This document shows positions 39,775 to 48,338 of a stretch of 64,000 nucleotides of DNA, piece by piece. This DNA comes from Candidatus Nanoarchaeia archaeon (GTDB lineage: Archaea > Nanobdellota > Nanobdellia > Woesearchaeales > GW2011-AR9): NCBI GenBank assembly GCA_035289845.1, contig DATDWB010000028.1:4662-68661 (forward strand). Reading direction: 5' to 3'. The translations under genes were made by a program, and so were the position numbers. The notes below the pieces were generated by a model, which worked only from the letters and a program-made list of their open reading frames with translations, made no database searches and was not told where the DNA came from. Within the stretch, counting starts at the first letter, position 1; each line of letters starts with the position of its first letter.

Positions 39775-40560
39775 ATGATTATTCAAAAGGATTTCCTAAA
39801 CAAACTAAAAGACTTTGGACTAAATTCATACGAGAGTAAATTATGGATAGCTTTGCTATCCCGAGGAGTTTCTACGGCCGGCGAGTTATCGGACATTTCT
39901 AACGTGCCTCGAAGCCGGGCTTATGATGTTCTAGACTCATTGGAAAAAAAAGGGTTTATTATTGTTAAAGTTGGCAAACCAATCAAATATTTAGCGGTAT
40001 CTCCCGCTGAAGTAATTGAACGAGTTAAGAAAAAAGTAGTTCAAGAAGCCGAACAGCAGGACAAAATATTATCCCAACTTAAAGGCAGTGATATCCTGGA
40101 AGAATTAAGTGTACTGCACAATCAAGGAATAAAATTAATTGATCCAACTGACAGAAGCGGGGCTTTCCGAGGACGGGATAAGGTTCATGAACATCTGTTG
40201 ACTTTAATTAAAGGAGCCAAGAAAAGCATAACTTTAATGGTGTCTAAAGATGGTCTAGACCGGAAATACGATCTGTTAATAAACCATCTGCGCAAGGCAG
40301 CTAAAAATGGAGTGAACATTAAAATTTCTATTCCAGCTGGTGCAAATAAGGACAAAGTCAGCGACTTAAGTAAATTTGTTCAAGTTAAACAGGATAAGGA
40401 TATATCTACCCGCTTCTGCATTGTTGACAACAAAGAATTGTTGTTGTTTTTGACAGACGACGAAAAAGTGCACAAGAGTTACGATTGCGCAGTGTGGATT
40501 GATGCTCCGTATTTTGTTGAATATTTCAGCGCGCTGTTTGAGAGTGCGTGGAAGGAGTAG
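39775..40560 (+). CDS. TrmB-family transcriptional regulator
   Basis: N-terminal winged HTH YESKLWIALLSRGVSTAGELSDISNVPRSRAYDVLDSLEKKGFI plus the TrmB C-terminal domain. Confidence 0.8.
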   Translation: MIIQKDFLNKLKDFGLNSYESKLWIALLSRGVSTAGELSDISNVPRSRAYDVLDSLEKKGFIIVKVGKPIKYLAVSPAEVIERVKKKVVQEAEQQDKILSQLKGSDILEELSVLHNQGIKLIDPTDRSGAFRGRDKVHEHLLTLIKGAKKSITLMVSKDGLDRKYDLLINHLRKAAKNGVNIKISIPAGANKDKVSDLSKFVQVKQDKDISTRFCIVDNKELLLFLTDDEKVHKSYDCAVWIDAPYFVEYFSALFESAWKE

Positions 40561-40563
40561 ACA

Positions 40564-42012
40564 ATGAGCGAGGAGGTGGTATCTTTTCTGGACGAAGTAG
40601 AGCGGTTGGCTGCAGCTGCGTATGGTGTTGTGTTGGATTTGCGGTTAGGTTATGGTCGTGACGTTAAATTAGCTCGCAATAATTTAGAAGACTACTTAAC
40701 TCAGGAACGTAACTTTTCTGAACCCGATTCTGCTCTTGTTGTTTATATTTTACAAGATTATTTTACAGCGGAAAATTTGGCGAAGAAGGCAGATCTTTCC
40801 ACAGATAATAAGGATCCAATTGCTGATAATTCTTCGGTATTTCCATTTCAAGCAGATGCTTGGCGGAAAAAAGTGTATACTGCTCGAAAAAGACTCATAG
40901 ATATGAAGGTAGAAACTACATATCGTGCAGCGATGCACAACGCAGATATTGCCGCCAGCCGTTCTGTTGTCGGAGAATTATATGTCATCGAATTTAGAAC
41001 AGAAGGTATTGAAGACAGGCTTCATAATCCCTCCACTTCATCACCAGATGATTTTTTTTACAAGGAAGCTCATCTTAAAGAAAATCTTTATAAGGCGGCA
41101 GAACTCGAGCATCATGATCAACCCCTATTATTGTACAAAACTACTTTTCGTCACTTAGCTAAATCCCGCGGCTGGCATAAATTATCAGATGCCGACTTAG
41201 TTAGGGAATTAGATCACGCGCACGTTCCGCTGGAAGTTGCGAAAGGATGTTTGATGCGTAGGATTGAACGGCCGGCGGTTGGAGCAGGACTGGATATTAC
41301 TATTTCTGGAGATCAACAACATTCTATTCGTGTTACTTCGAACTTGGTGGACGTCGAAGGTAATCTACAATCAGCCTACGCTCAAATTCAGCCGGGCACG
41401 ATGTGTACTGCAGCGGAAATAACTAAAGAACGGCTGACAAACGAATCCCTGCGCCAGCGCGCCTATTATACTGCGAATGGAATAATTTATTGTATGCAGG
41501 ATGGCAAACCGGTGCTGTATATAACCCCCGAAAAAGGTAATTTAGTTTTACGGCATCTTGCTGATGCTCAGAATAGTTCTTATGATCAATTAGTTAATAA
41601 TCATAATTATCGTCCTTCGCTGGACGAAGTTAGTGAGGTAATCTCCCCCGGGCAAGGTGCGGAAAAATTTGATTTGTCGGACTTGGTATTAGCTGGCGGT
41701 AATGATGAATGGCAATATTTTACCATCGGTACGTCGCCTCGGGATTATAGTAAGTTGATTGGAATCGGGAAACGGTTAGCGGAACGAGTTTTTGGCAGCG
41801 GTCCAGATTTTACGGCGGCGATGCAGATGTTCGCTGATGCTGGGATTACAGCAACCAAAATAGGGGTCTTGAAACCGAGTTATGTTGCCAGCAATGCAGG
41901 CACTCCCCTCGGGCGGGCTTCGTGGCTGGATAGTTTCAGCTACAATTCCAGTTTCATTGCCGATGATCGTACTGTAGACATTCTTAACGCCCTGCGTGGG
42001 GTAGCGGGGTAG
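40564..42012 (+). CDS. DGR target (variable) protein, 482 aa, about 50% GC, with the variable repeat at its extreme C-terminus
   Basis: The last 33 codons align to the template repeat upstream of the RT. TR AAY codons are replaced by D/S/Y/I/T codons in this gene. No signal peptide, so likely intracellular. Confidence 0.75.
   Translation: MSEEVVSFLDEVERLAAAAYGVVLDLRLGYGRDVKLARNNLEDYLTQERNFSEPDSALVVYILQDYFTAENLAKKADLSTDNKDPIADNSSVFPFQADAWRKKVYTARKRLIDMKVETTYRAAMHNADIAASRSVVGELYVIEFRTEGIEDRLHNPSTSSPDDFFYKEAHLKENLYKAAELEHHDQPLLLYKTTFRHLAKSRGWHKLSDADLVRELDHAHVPLEVAKGCLMRRIERPAVGAGLDITISGDQQHSIRVTSNLVDVEGNLQSAYAQIQPGTMCTAAEITKERLTNESLRQRAYYTANGIIYCMQDGKPVLYITPEKGNLVLRHLADAQNSSYDQLVNNHNYRPSLDEVSEVISPGQGAEKFDLSDLVLAGGNDEWQYFTIGTSPRDYSKLIGIGKRLAERVFGSGPDFTAAMQMFADAGITATKIGVLKPSYVASNAGTPLGRASWLDSFSYNSSFIADDRTVDILNALRGVAG
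41911..42005 (+). repeat. DGR variable repeat (VR)
   Basis: About 95 nt align to 42342-42436 with roughly 70% identity. 14 of about 28 TR adenines are substituted versus 13 of about 68 non-A positions. Confidence 0.75.
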
Positions 42013-42058
42013 GCGAGCGTACGCGAGCAATCAGATACTCCTGGGCGCCGAAGGCGCC
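42001..42058 (+). promoter_or_regulatory. GC-rich IMH-like segment plus downstream hairpin (GGCGCC-GAA-GGCGCC, 42044-42058) at the VR 3' boundary
   Basis: GGGGTAGCGGGGTAGGCGAGCG followed by a 6-bp GC stem-loop, analogous to the DGR homing cis-elements. Confidence 0.5.
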
Positions 42059-42341
42059 ACTTTTCAGTAGTCAGTTTTTATCGTTGTATATTCAGCTATT
42101 TCAACCTCGAGGTTATAACACCACAATATTCTTAAAATAAATTTATTTTATTGTTAATCTCGGCATATTCCTCTCACAGAGGAAGCTGCTGGGCTACATG
42201 CCATTGGGCCATGGTCGAGGCGACTTGATTATGAAACCCTTATCTCGAACCAGTTCTGGGATGATAAAACAATCGTGACACGATGCTTAAGAGCATTATG
42301 ATTGAAACGGTGAAGAAAATAGAGGCTTGATGGCTACAGCA

Positions 42342-42440
42342 CGGGCGGGCGTCGTGGCTTAACAATTTCAATAACATTTCCTACTTCAATGCCAATGATC
42401 GCAATGTTAACAATCATAACCGCGTGCGTGGAATAATCCA
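42342..42440 (+). repeat. DGR template repeat (TR), extremely rich in AAC/AAT codons
   Basis: In the VR reading frame the TR reads RASWLNNFNNISYFNANDRNVNNHN. It ends about 20 nt before the RT start codon. Confidence 0.75.
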
Positions 42441-42462
42441 GCAGTTGTCCGAGGTTCTTTCT

Positions 42463-43615
42463 ATGAAACGACCTTCTAGAAATTTGTGGAATGAACTTTG
42501 CTCCTACCCCAACCTCGAACTTGCCTATAAGAAAGCGCGGAAAGGAAAAACAACACGCGACTACGTCCTTGAATTTGAGCACAATCTTCAAGACAATCTT
42601 TTGCAATTGCGCAGTGATTTGCTGTTTCATTCCTATCGGCCCAAACCACTGCAAACGTTCATTCTTCGTGATCCTAAAACGAGGAAAATTAGCAGGTCGG
42701 CTTTCCGAGATCGGATAGTACATCATGCGCTCTGTAACATTATTGAACAGTTCTTCGAACGAAGTTTTATCTTTGATTCGTACGCCAACCGGAAAGGCAA
42801 AGGCACACTGAAGGCAATAGAGCGTTTTGCACACTTCTCTCGGAAAGTAACTCATAATAACACCCAGCGGGCTTTTGTCTTGAAAGCGGATATAAAACAG
42901 TATTTTGAAAATGTGAATCATGCTCTTCTCCTGGGCATCATCCAGAAAAAAATAAGGGATCAGAAAATACTGTGGCTCATCAAAAAAATTCTTTCCAATT
43001 ATTCCGCCGCAGAAAAAAATGTTGGCATGCCTTTAGGAAATCTCACCTCCCAGTTCACGAGAAAAGACAACGATCTTTTCTGTGCCCTGATAAAGTCGTT
43101 GCTTTATCTTGGGTTTTGCTAATGTCTATCTGCACGAATTAGATCATTATGTCAAACAGCAGTTGAAAGCGAAATACTACGCGCGCTACGTGGACGATTT
43201 TGTGATTCTCGACCGTTCACGGTCAAAACTCGAGAAATACAAGACACACATCGTTTCTTTTCTCGCCACACGACTTGCCTTGCAGCTTCACCCCCAAAAG
43301 TCACGTATCATCAATCTTGAGAGGGGTACAGATTTTCTCGGGATGCGACATTTTCCTCATCATAAACTTATCAAAAAGAAAAATGTACGAAAATTTCGTA
43401 CTAAATTAAGTCTGCTTTCTCTTCGCTTTAAGCAGGGAGAATTATTATATGATAACCTCTACGATTTCATGGAAGGGTGGGTTGCGTATGCCAAGAATGC
43501 CGATACGTACCGATTACGGCAGGGCATTTTAACTGTGTTTGAACAGAATTATCGGCAGGAAATGGCGACTAAGGAGATTAATCGAGGTAAGAATTTTTTA
43601 ATGCCTGCCCTTTAA
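42463..43615 (+). CDS. DGR-type reverse transcriptase, reading frame interrupted by an insertion of about 58 nt between the PLGNLTSQF and FANVYLHELD motifs
   Basis: RT motifs are present: RPKPLQTFILRDPKTRKISR, VLKADIKQYFENVNH, GMPLGNLTSQF / FANVYL, YARYVDDFVIL. Two overlapping ORFs (to 43122; from 43109) reveal the frame break. Confidence 0.75.
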
Positions 43616-43656
43616 GAGAGAAATATTTAAATGGTATTAAGCTTATTGAAGGTATA

Positions 43657-44034
43657 ATGGCGAAAGAAGAAATAACCCTCTGGATTGAGCAGTCTTTTGA
43701 AGACTTCAAAGCGGCACAATATAATCTAAAAGGTAAACAGTTTCATGTGACAGCCCTTTTAGTCCAGCAGGCAGTGGAAAAGGGATTGAAAGCTCTCTTC
43801 ATTAAAAAATTTGGTGAAGTCCCAAAAGTACACGATTTAGTATTTCTGGCTAAGCGATTAGACCTTCCTGAGAAACTTCTTCACTATTGCAAGAAAATTT
43901 CTCCTTTCTATATTGAAACACGGTATCCTGATGCGAAAGGTTTTAGGAAAACAACTGATTTTACGCTTAACGAGTGTAAAGAAGCTCTTAATAATTGTGA
44001 GGAGATTCTGAGATGGATAAAGCTGAACATTTAG
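43657..44034 (+). CDS. HEPN domain protein (toxin-like partner of the MNT gene)
   Basis: HEPN helical pattern QQAVEKGLKALFIK ... ETRYPD. Overlaps the downstream MNT gene by 22 nt. Confidence 0.7.
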   Translation: MAKEEITLWIEQSFEDFKAAQYNLKGKQFHVTALLVQQAVEKGLKALFIKKFGEVPKVHDLVFLAKRLDLPEKLLHYCKKISPFYIETRYPDAKGFRKTTDFTLNECKEALNNCEEILRWIKLNI

Positions 44035-44330
44035 CCAAACAGCTGAAGGCTTTCAAGAAGGAGGTTTCAAAGAAAATACCTCTCAAAGCCCTGGTCTTTT
44101 TTGGCAGCCGAGCAAAAGGGAAGGGGAAAAAATATAGTGACATCGATTTGTTGGTCGTATCGTCAAAATTCAAGAACAAAAAATTTCACCAGCGCGCAAC
44201 GGCGTTATATGACTATTGGACTTTAGATTATCCGGTTGATTTTCTTTGCTATACACCGGAAGAATTCAATAAAAATAAAAAGATGATTGGCATTGTCCGC
44301 CGCGCAGTTGAAGAAGGAATAAAAATATGA
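44013..44330 (+). CDS. Minimal nucleotidyltransferase (MNT) domain protein
   Basis: GSRAKGKGKKYSDIDLLV (GS...DxD) nucleotidyltransferase signature. 105 aa. Confidence 0.75.
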   Translation: MDKAEHLAKQLKAFKKEVSKKIPLKALVFFGSRAKGKGKKYSDIDLLVVSSKFKNKKFHQRATALYDYWTLDYPVDFLCYTPEEFNKNKKMIGIVRRAVEEGIKI

Positions 44331-44334
44331 CTAC

Positions 44335-44694
44335 TTATCTCCATTGACATTCCTCAGCAACTAATTTTAAGAATTCTTTTAATCGTTCTATTTTTGGTTT
44401 CAATTTAATGGTTTCTTCCATCCCCAGCATTGTGTCTTGCTGAAGTTTCATAATGTGCTGGAAATAGTTAATATCAGAAGTGTAATGAAGAGCAACTCTG
44501 GCCAATTCTGCATACGGAAAAGGTTTTATGAGCGGTAAATGGGGTTCCCATTCGTGAAAATTATCTTTCAAGATTTGTCCCAATATTTCAGTTTGAGGGA
44601 AATAACCACCATTTTTCCCAGTTTGGAAATGGTGTACTTCCCAATAAGCATTGCGGGCGATACGCACTAAGTCCGGTGAAGTAATATCGTTCAT
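44335..44694 (-). CDS. Hypothetical protein, possibly DUF86/HepT-like HEPN (ARVALHY R-x3-H)
   Basis: 119 aa. Weak R..H motif. Convergent with the MNT gene. Confidence 0.3.
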   Translation of the reverse strand: MNDITSPDLVRIARNAYWEVHHFQTGKNGGYFPQTEILGQILKDNFHEWEPHLPLIKPFPYAELARVALHYTSDINYFQHIMKLQQDTMLGMEETIKLKPKIERLKEFLKLVAEECQWR

Positions 44695-44787
44695 TTTTTA
44701 ATCGCTGATGGAGGGGTATTTAATGATTATGAAATTTTAGCCAATGATAGGCATACCTTTTTAAATTTCTTCTTCTTTTCAAGAATT

Positions 44788-45126
44788 ATGAAACAGGTTC
44801 TAATTGTCCGTCAGGATCTAAATCTACCTAAAGGGAAGCTGGCGGCTCAGGCGGCACATGCTTCAGTGGAAGCAGTTCTTAAAACAGATTTGGCTATAGT
44901 CAAGAAGTGGCAGCGGGAAGGTATGGCTAAAATAGTTCTTAAAGTAAAAGATGAGAAAGAATTGGTGTATTATTTTCAGAAAGCCAAGGAAGCAGGATTG
45001 CCAGCAGCCTTGATTACAGATGCCGGCAGGACGGTTATCGCTCCTGGAACTAAGACTTGTGTCGGAATCGGGCCGGAAGAGGAAGAAGAGATCGATGCAA
45101 TAACCGGAAATTTGAAATTATTGTAA
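44788..45126 (+). CDS. pth2: Peptidyl-tRNA hydrolase, archaeal Pth2 type
   Basis: VLIVRQDLNLPKGKLAAQAAHAS...CVGIGP is the Pth2 signature. 112 aa. Confidence 0.9.
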   Translation: MKQVLIVRQDLNLPKGKLAAQAAHASVEAVLKTDLAIVKKWQREGMAKIVLKVKDEKELVYYFQKAKEAGLPAALITDAGRTVIAPGTKTCVGIGPEEEEEIDAITGNLKLL

Positions 45127-45131
45127 ATTAT

Positions 45132-45252
45132 AGAGAAGTTTGAAAAAAAGTAATTTTGGTTAATATATTGTTTGTTTAAGGTCAAAATTACGACTATTTC
45201 AAACTTCTCTTTAGAACTTTGCTAATAAATCATCTAATTTTGCAAAGTTCTC
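45132..45252. repeat. Composite palindromic repeat: long 79-bp element (45132-45210) plus a short element (45211-45252). Reverse complement of 21263-21387.
   Basis: Base-for-base revcomp match to the unit-2 array copy. Confidence 0.9.
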
Positions 45253-45295
45253 TATACTATAAAATTTATATATTAGATTTTCTAGCAGTTATTTT

Positions 45296-45694
45296 ATGAC
45301 TTTAGATAGAAAAATTAGGGAGGATTTGGGAGAAATAGGCTTGGTGGCCAGCTGGGCAGCTTTAGATGGGGTAGCTACGGATTTCGCTCTTAATAACGGT
45401 TATAATCTTTTAAATCACAATTTAACGGCTATGGAAGGAAACCCGTTGCTGCTAGAATGGATGGAAGAATTAGGACAGGGGTTGGGCCTGGCTGCTTATA
45501 AGTTAGCGGGAGTAGCAGTTATTATTGGCGGGTATTACTTATTTAAAAAACTAGGAGAAATAGCCCAGTCTGGAAGCAATCATTATATTCGTGATCCAAA
45601 ATTTGGAATTTTTCCTAAAATTGTTACCAGGACGGTTTCAATGCTATATGCAGCAGGAGTATTAACGGGGCCAGTATCACATTATTTTGTTTAA
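45296..45694 (+). CDS. Hypothetical membrane protein
   Basis: Two or three TM helices. No motif. Confidence 0.4.
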   Translation: MTLDRKIREDLGEIGLVASWAALDGVATDFALNNGYNLLNHNLTAMEGNPLLLEWMEELGQGLGLAAYKLAGVAVIIGGYYLFKKLGEIAQSGSNHYIRDPKFGIFPKIVTRTVSMLYAAGVLTGPVSHYFV

Positions 45695-45794
45695 TTGGGT
45701 TTAGTATTTGATATTGGGGTAAACTCTCCTAAAGAGATACAAGTCATTACAATACAAAAACTTTATAAATAGAGTATTTTCTAATCATCCTAAG

Positions 45795-46103
45795 ATGAAA
45801 ATACCCAAAACGATGAAGCGCTTGTGTAAGTTCTGTAAAAAACATACGGAACATAAAGTTGCTCAAAACAAGAAAAAAACTCCCAGTTCGTTAAGCCACG
45901 GGTCAAAATATCGAGCTCGGCTTAGAGGTCAAGCCAGGGGAGTAGGCGGGTGGGGCAGGTATTCTAAACCGGCTATAACTAAATTCAAGCGGGCTGGAGC
46001 TAAAAGCAGTAAAAAGACAGATTTAAGGTATACCTGTAATGTGTGCAAAAAATCATCGGTCCAATCGAAAGGAATCAGGTCTAAGAAAGTAGAATTCGTG
46101 TGA
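45795..46103 (+). CDS. rpl44e: Ribosomal protein L44e
   Basis: C4 Zn ribbon (CKFCKKH...CNVCKK) and the TDLRYTC motif. Confidence 0.85.
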   Translation: MKIPKTMKRLCKFCKKHTEHKVAQNKKKTPSSLSHGSKYRARLRGQARGVGGWGRYSKPAITKFKRAGAKSSKKTDLRYTCNVCKKSSVQSKGIRSKKVEFV

Positions 46104-46118
46104 GGATAATATTTAAAA

Positions 46119-46297
46119 TGATAAGAACTCTCAAAAGTAAATTTATAAAAGTAAGATGTGCTAAATGCAAGAATGAACAAATTATTTTTGGAAATTCAGC
46201 CAGTGTAGTAAAATGTTTAGTCTGTGCCAAGGATCTGGCTTATCCTACCGGTGGGAAATCAAAGATTTCTGGTCGAGTGTTGGAAGTATTAGAGTAA
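46119..46297 (+). CDS. rps27e: Ribosomal protein S27e
   Basis: FIKVRCAKCKNEQIIF...CLVCAKDLAYPTGGKSKI. ATG 46119 preferred over the track's GTG 46100. Confidence 0.85.
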
Positions 46298-46345
46298 GTA
46301 GTCTTCTCCTAAACATTTATAAATAGTCCTTTTACTTAGTTAATT

Positions 46346-47125
46346 ATGCTATATCACCGATCAGGTTTTCCGGAAGAAAATGAAATTGTATTGTGTAAAG
46401 TAACTAAATTATATCCTAACTCGGTATTTGTGAATCTATTAGAATATGATAAACCTGGTATAGTCCATATCTCGGAAGTATCCCCCGGCAGGATCAGAAA
46501 TTTGCGGGATTTTGTAAGCATAGATCGGCAGATTGTATGTAAAATCCTGAAGATAGATCAGCAGAAAGGCCATATCGATTTATCCCTCAGAAGGGTAAAT
46601 TCTACTGAACGGCGGGATAAGCTGGATGAAATAAAGCAGGAAATGAAAGCCGAAGCATTGCTTAAAAATCTAGCCAAAAAGTTGAATCAGCCGCTGGAAA
46701 AATTGTATGTTGAAGTTTCAGAAAAAATACTTAAAGAATATTCTCATCTCCATAGCTGTTTTAAAGAGGTTGTTTCAGAAGGTATTGATCTGAAAAAGAT
46801 GGGTTTAAATAAACAACTAGCGGATGAATTAACTTCAGCGATCATAGACAAATTTAAACCTAAAAAATTTATTATCAAAGGGGAAATTAAGGTTCAGACT
46901 TATGATTCCTATGGCTTGGAAAAAATTAAAACTTTGCTAAGCGGGATTGATAAATTGTCACCAACTTTAGGCCTATTTTATTTAGGTGCCGGAAGATATA
47001 AATTTAATATAGAAGATGTTGATCATAAAGCTGCTGAAAATACTCTTAAAAAAATCGAGCAGTTGTTAGAAAAGTTTAAGGATAAACTTTCAACTTCTGT
47101 ACTAGAGCGGGAAAAGAGCGATTAA
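46346..47125 (+). CDS. eif2a: Translation initiation factor 2 alpha subunit
   Basis: N-terminal S1 domain (IVLCKVTKLYPNSVFVNL...GIVHISEV) followed by the helical and alpha/beta domains. Confidence 0.88.
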   Translation: MLYHRSGFPEENEIVLCKVTKLYPNSVFVNLLEYDKPGIVHISEVSPGRIRNLRDFVSIDRQIVCKILKIDQQKGHIDLSLRRVNSTERRDKLDEIKQEMKAEALLKNLAKKLNQPLEKLYVEVSEKILKEYSHLHSCFKEVVSEGIDLKKMGLNKQLADELTSAIIDKFKPKKFIIKGEIKVQTYDSYGLEKIKTLLSGIDKLSPTLGLFYLGAGRYKFNIEDVDHKAAENTLKKIEQLLEKFKDKLSTSVLEREKSD

Positions 47126-47166
47126 TTAAAAACTGATTGAAGACTAATTAAAGATAATATTAATTC

Positions 47167-47346
47167 ATGGCTAAACAAATTCTAAAGTGCATTCTATGCG
47201 GTAAGTATACTCTATTGAAAAACTGTCCGGAATGCAGCAAAGAGGTTGTTCCACCAAAACCCCCAAAATTTTCTTTAGAAGATAAATATGCCAGCTACCG
47301 AAGGAAGATTAAACGTGCGGAGCTGGAAAAAAAAGGATTGATCTAG
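47167..47346 (+). CDS. nop10: H/ACA ribonucleoprotein component Nop10
   Basis: 59-aa ORF not in the track. ILKCILCGKYTLLKNCPECSKEVVPPKPPKFSLEDKYASYRRKIKR. Conserved eIF2alpha-Nop10 adjacency. Confidence 0.8.
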   Translation: MAKQILKCILCGKYTLLKNCPECSKEVVPPKPPKFSLEDKYASYRRKIKRAELEKKGLI

Positions 47347-47384
47347 GAATATTATATTGAGAAATAAAAAAATATATTTGGGAT

Positions 47385-48119
47385 TTAATCTAAATTAAAG
47401 TTAAGTGAAGTTCCGCTTACGGTAAGGCCGTCAATTTTTCCTTCAAAGATTGAAGATTGGCTGCTGCCAGAAGTTAAATTAACATTTCCTTGGAAATTTT
47501 TTACAGTAAGAATTTCTTGCTCCAACGAATAGCTTAATTTTTCTTCAACTTTTAAGGTTCCATCTCCTTTTTCCAACCTAATTTCTTTAAGAGCCAAATT
47601 ATCTGAATTTAATGAATTATATCCTAACTCCTCAAATTCTATATCTAGGCCTTTAGAAGAAGAAAACACTAGGCCATTTACTTCAAAAACCGCGGTTATT
47701 CCATTAATTGTTACGGTGTCAGCATCAAATTTAAGCCGGCCGGTAAAACCTTTTAATTTTAAATTTACTTCACCAACATTGTTAAGTTGCAATTGGTCGT
47801 CATTGACTTTAATTTTAGTTTCTAAATCTAGAGACTGAATTTCTAAATTAGTTTCCTGCACATCCTGGTCATTCAGGGGGATGCGGTTAAAGATCAGGTT
47901 GAAAGGAACTTCAGTAAAATCTACTCCTCGGGGTTTAACCAGGTTAGTTAGGCTAGAATTATCATCACCGCCATTCAAACTTTTAATAACGGTGCTGGTA
48001 ATGCCATTTCCGCTGCCATTACGGGTGGTGAGAATAAAAATACCTACAATGATAAGGGTGGTAATTAGGATATAGATTCGTAGATTACTGCGCCCAGAAA
48101 TGTGAGTTTGATGTTCCAT
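47385..48119 (-). CDS. Hypothetical membrane-anchored protein (N-terminal TM, beta-rich ectodomain)
   Basis: A TM helix at residues 12-32, followed by a Ser/Thr/Asn-rich repetitive region. Confidence 0.4.
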   Translation of the reverse strand: MEHQTHISGRSNLRIYILITTLIIVGIFILTTRNGSGNGITSTVIKSLNGGDDNSSLTNLVKPRGVDFTEVPFNLIFNRIPLNDQDVQETNLEIQSLDLETKIKVNDDQLQLNNVGEVNLKLKGFTGRLKFDADTVTINGITAVFEVNGLVFSSSKGLDIEFEELGYNSLNSDNLALKEIRLEKGDGTLKVEEKLSYSLEQEILTVKNFQGNVNLTSGSSQSSIFEGKIDGLTVSGTSLNFNLD

Positions 48120-48338
48120 CTTTTAGTTAGAATGGAAATTAAGTTTAATAAATGTTTTGGTAGCGGCTAAGCAGTTACACCGCTTTCTAACACAACATTT
48201 TTAAATAACCAGCCTAATTTAACCTTAAATTCAAGGGACAAGTCGGTCTAAGGGCTTACTTGTACTGGAGAAAGACTGTTTCTCCTTAGGATTTAATAAA
48301 ATAATCTAAAAAAGCTGCCAGTCAGCTAGAGGTAAAAA

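Noticed and set aside
41911-42436. VR/TR similarity as a mere gene-fragment duplication
   Set aside because: Substitutions are concentrated at template adenines within AAY codons. The template sits directly upstream of an RT, and a GC-rich tract plus hairpin follows the VR. The DGR explanation is preferred.
42334-42921. 195-aa minus-strand ORF
   Set aside because: Lies antisense to the RT gene and TR. No motifs. The RT reading frame explains the region.
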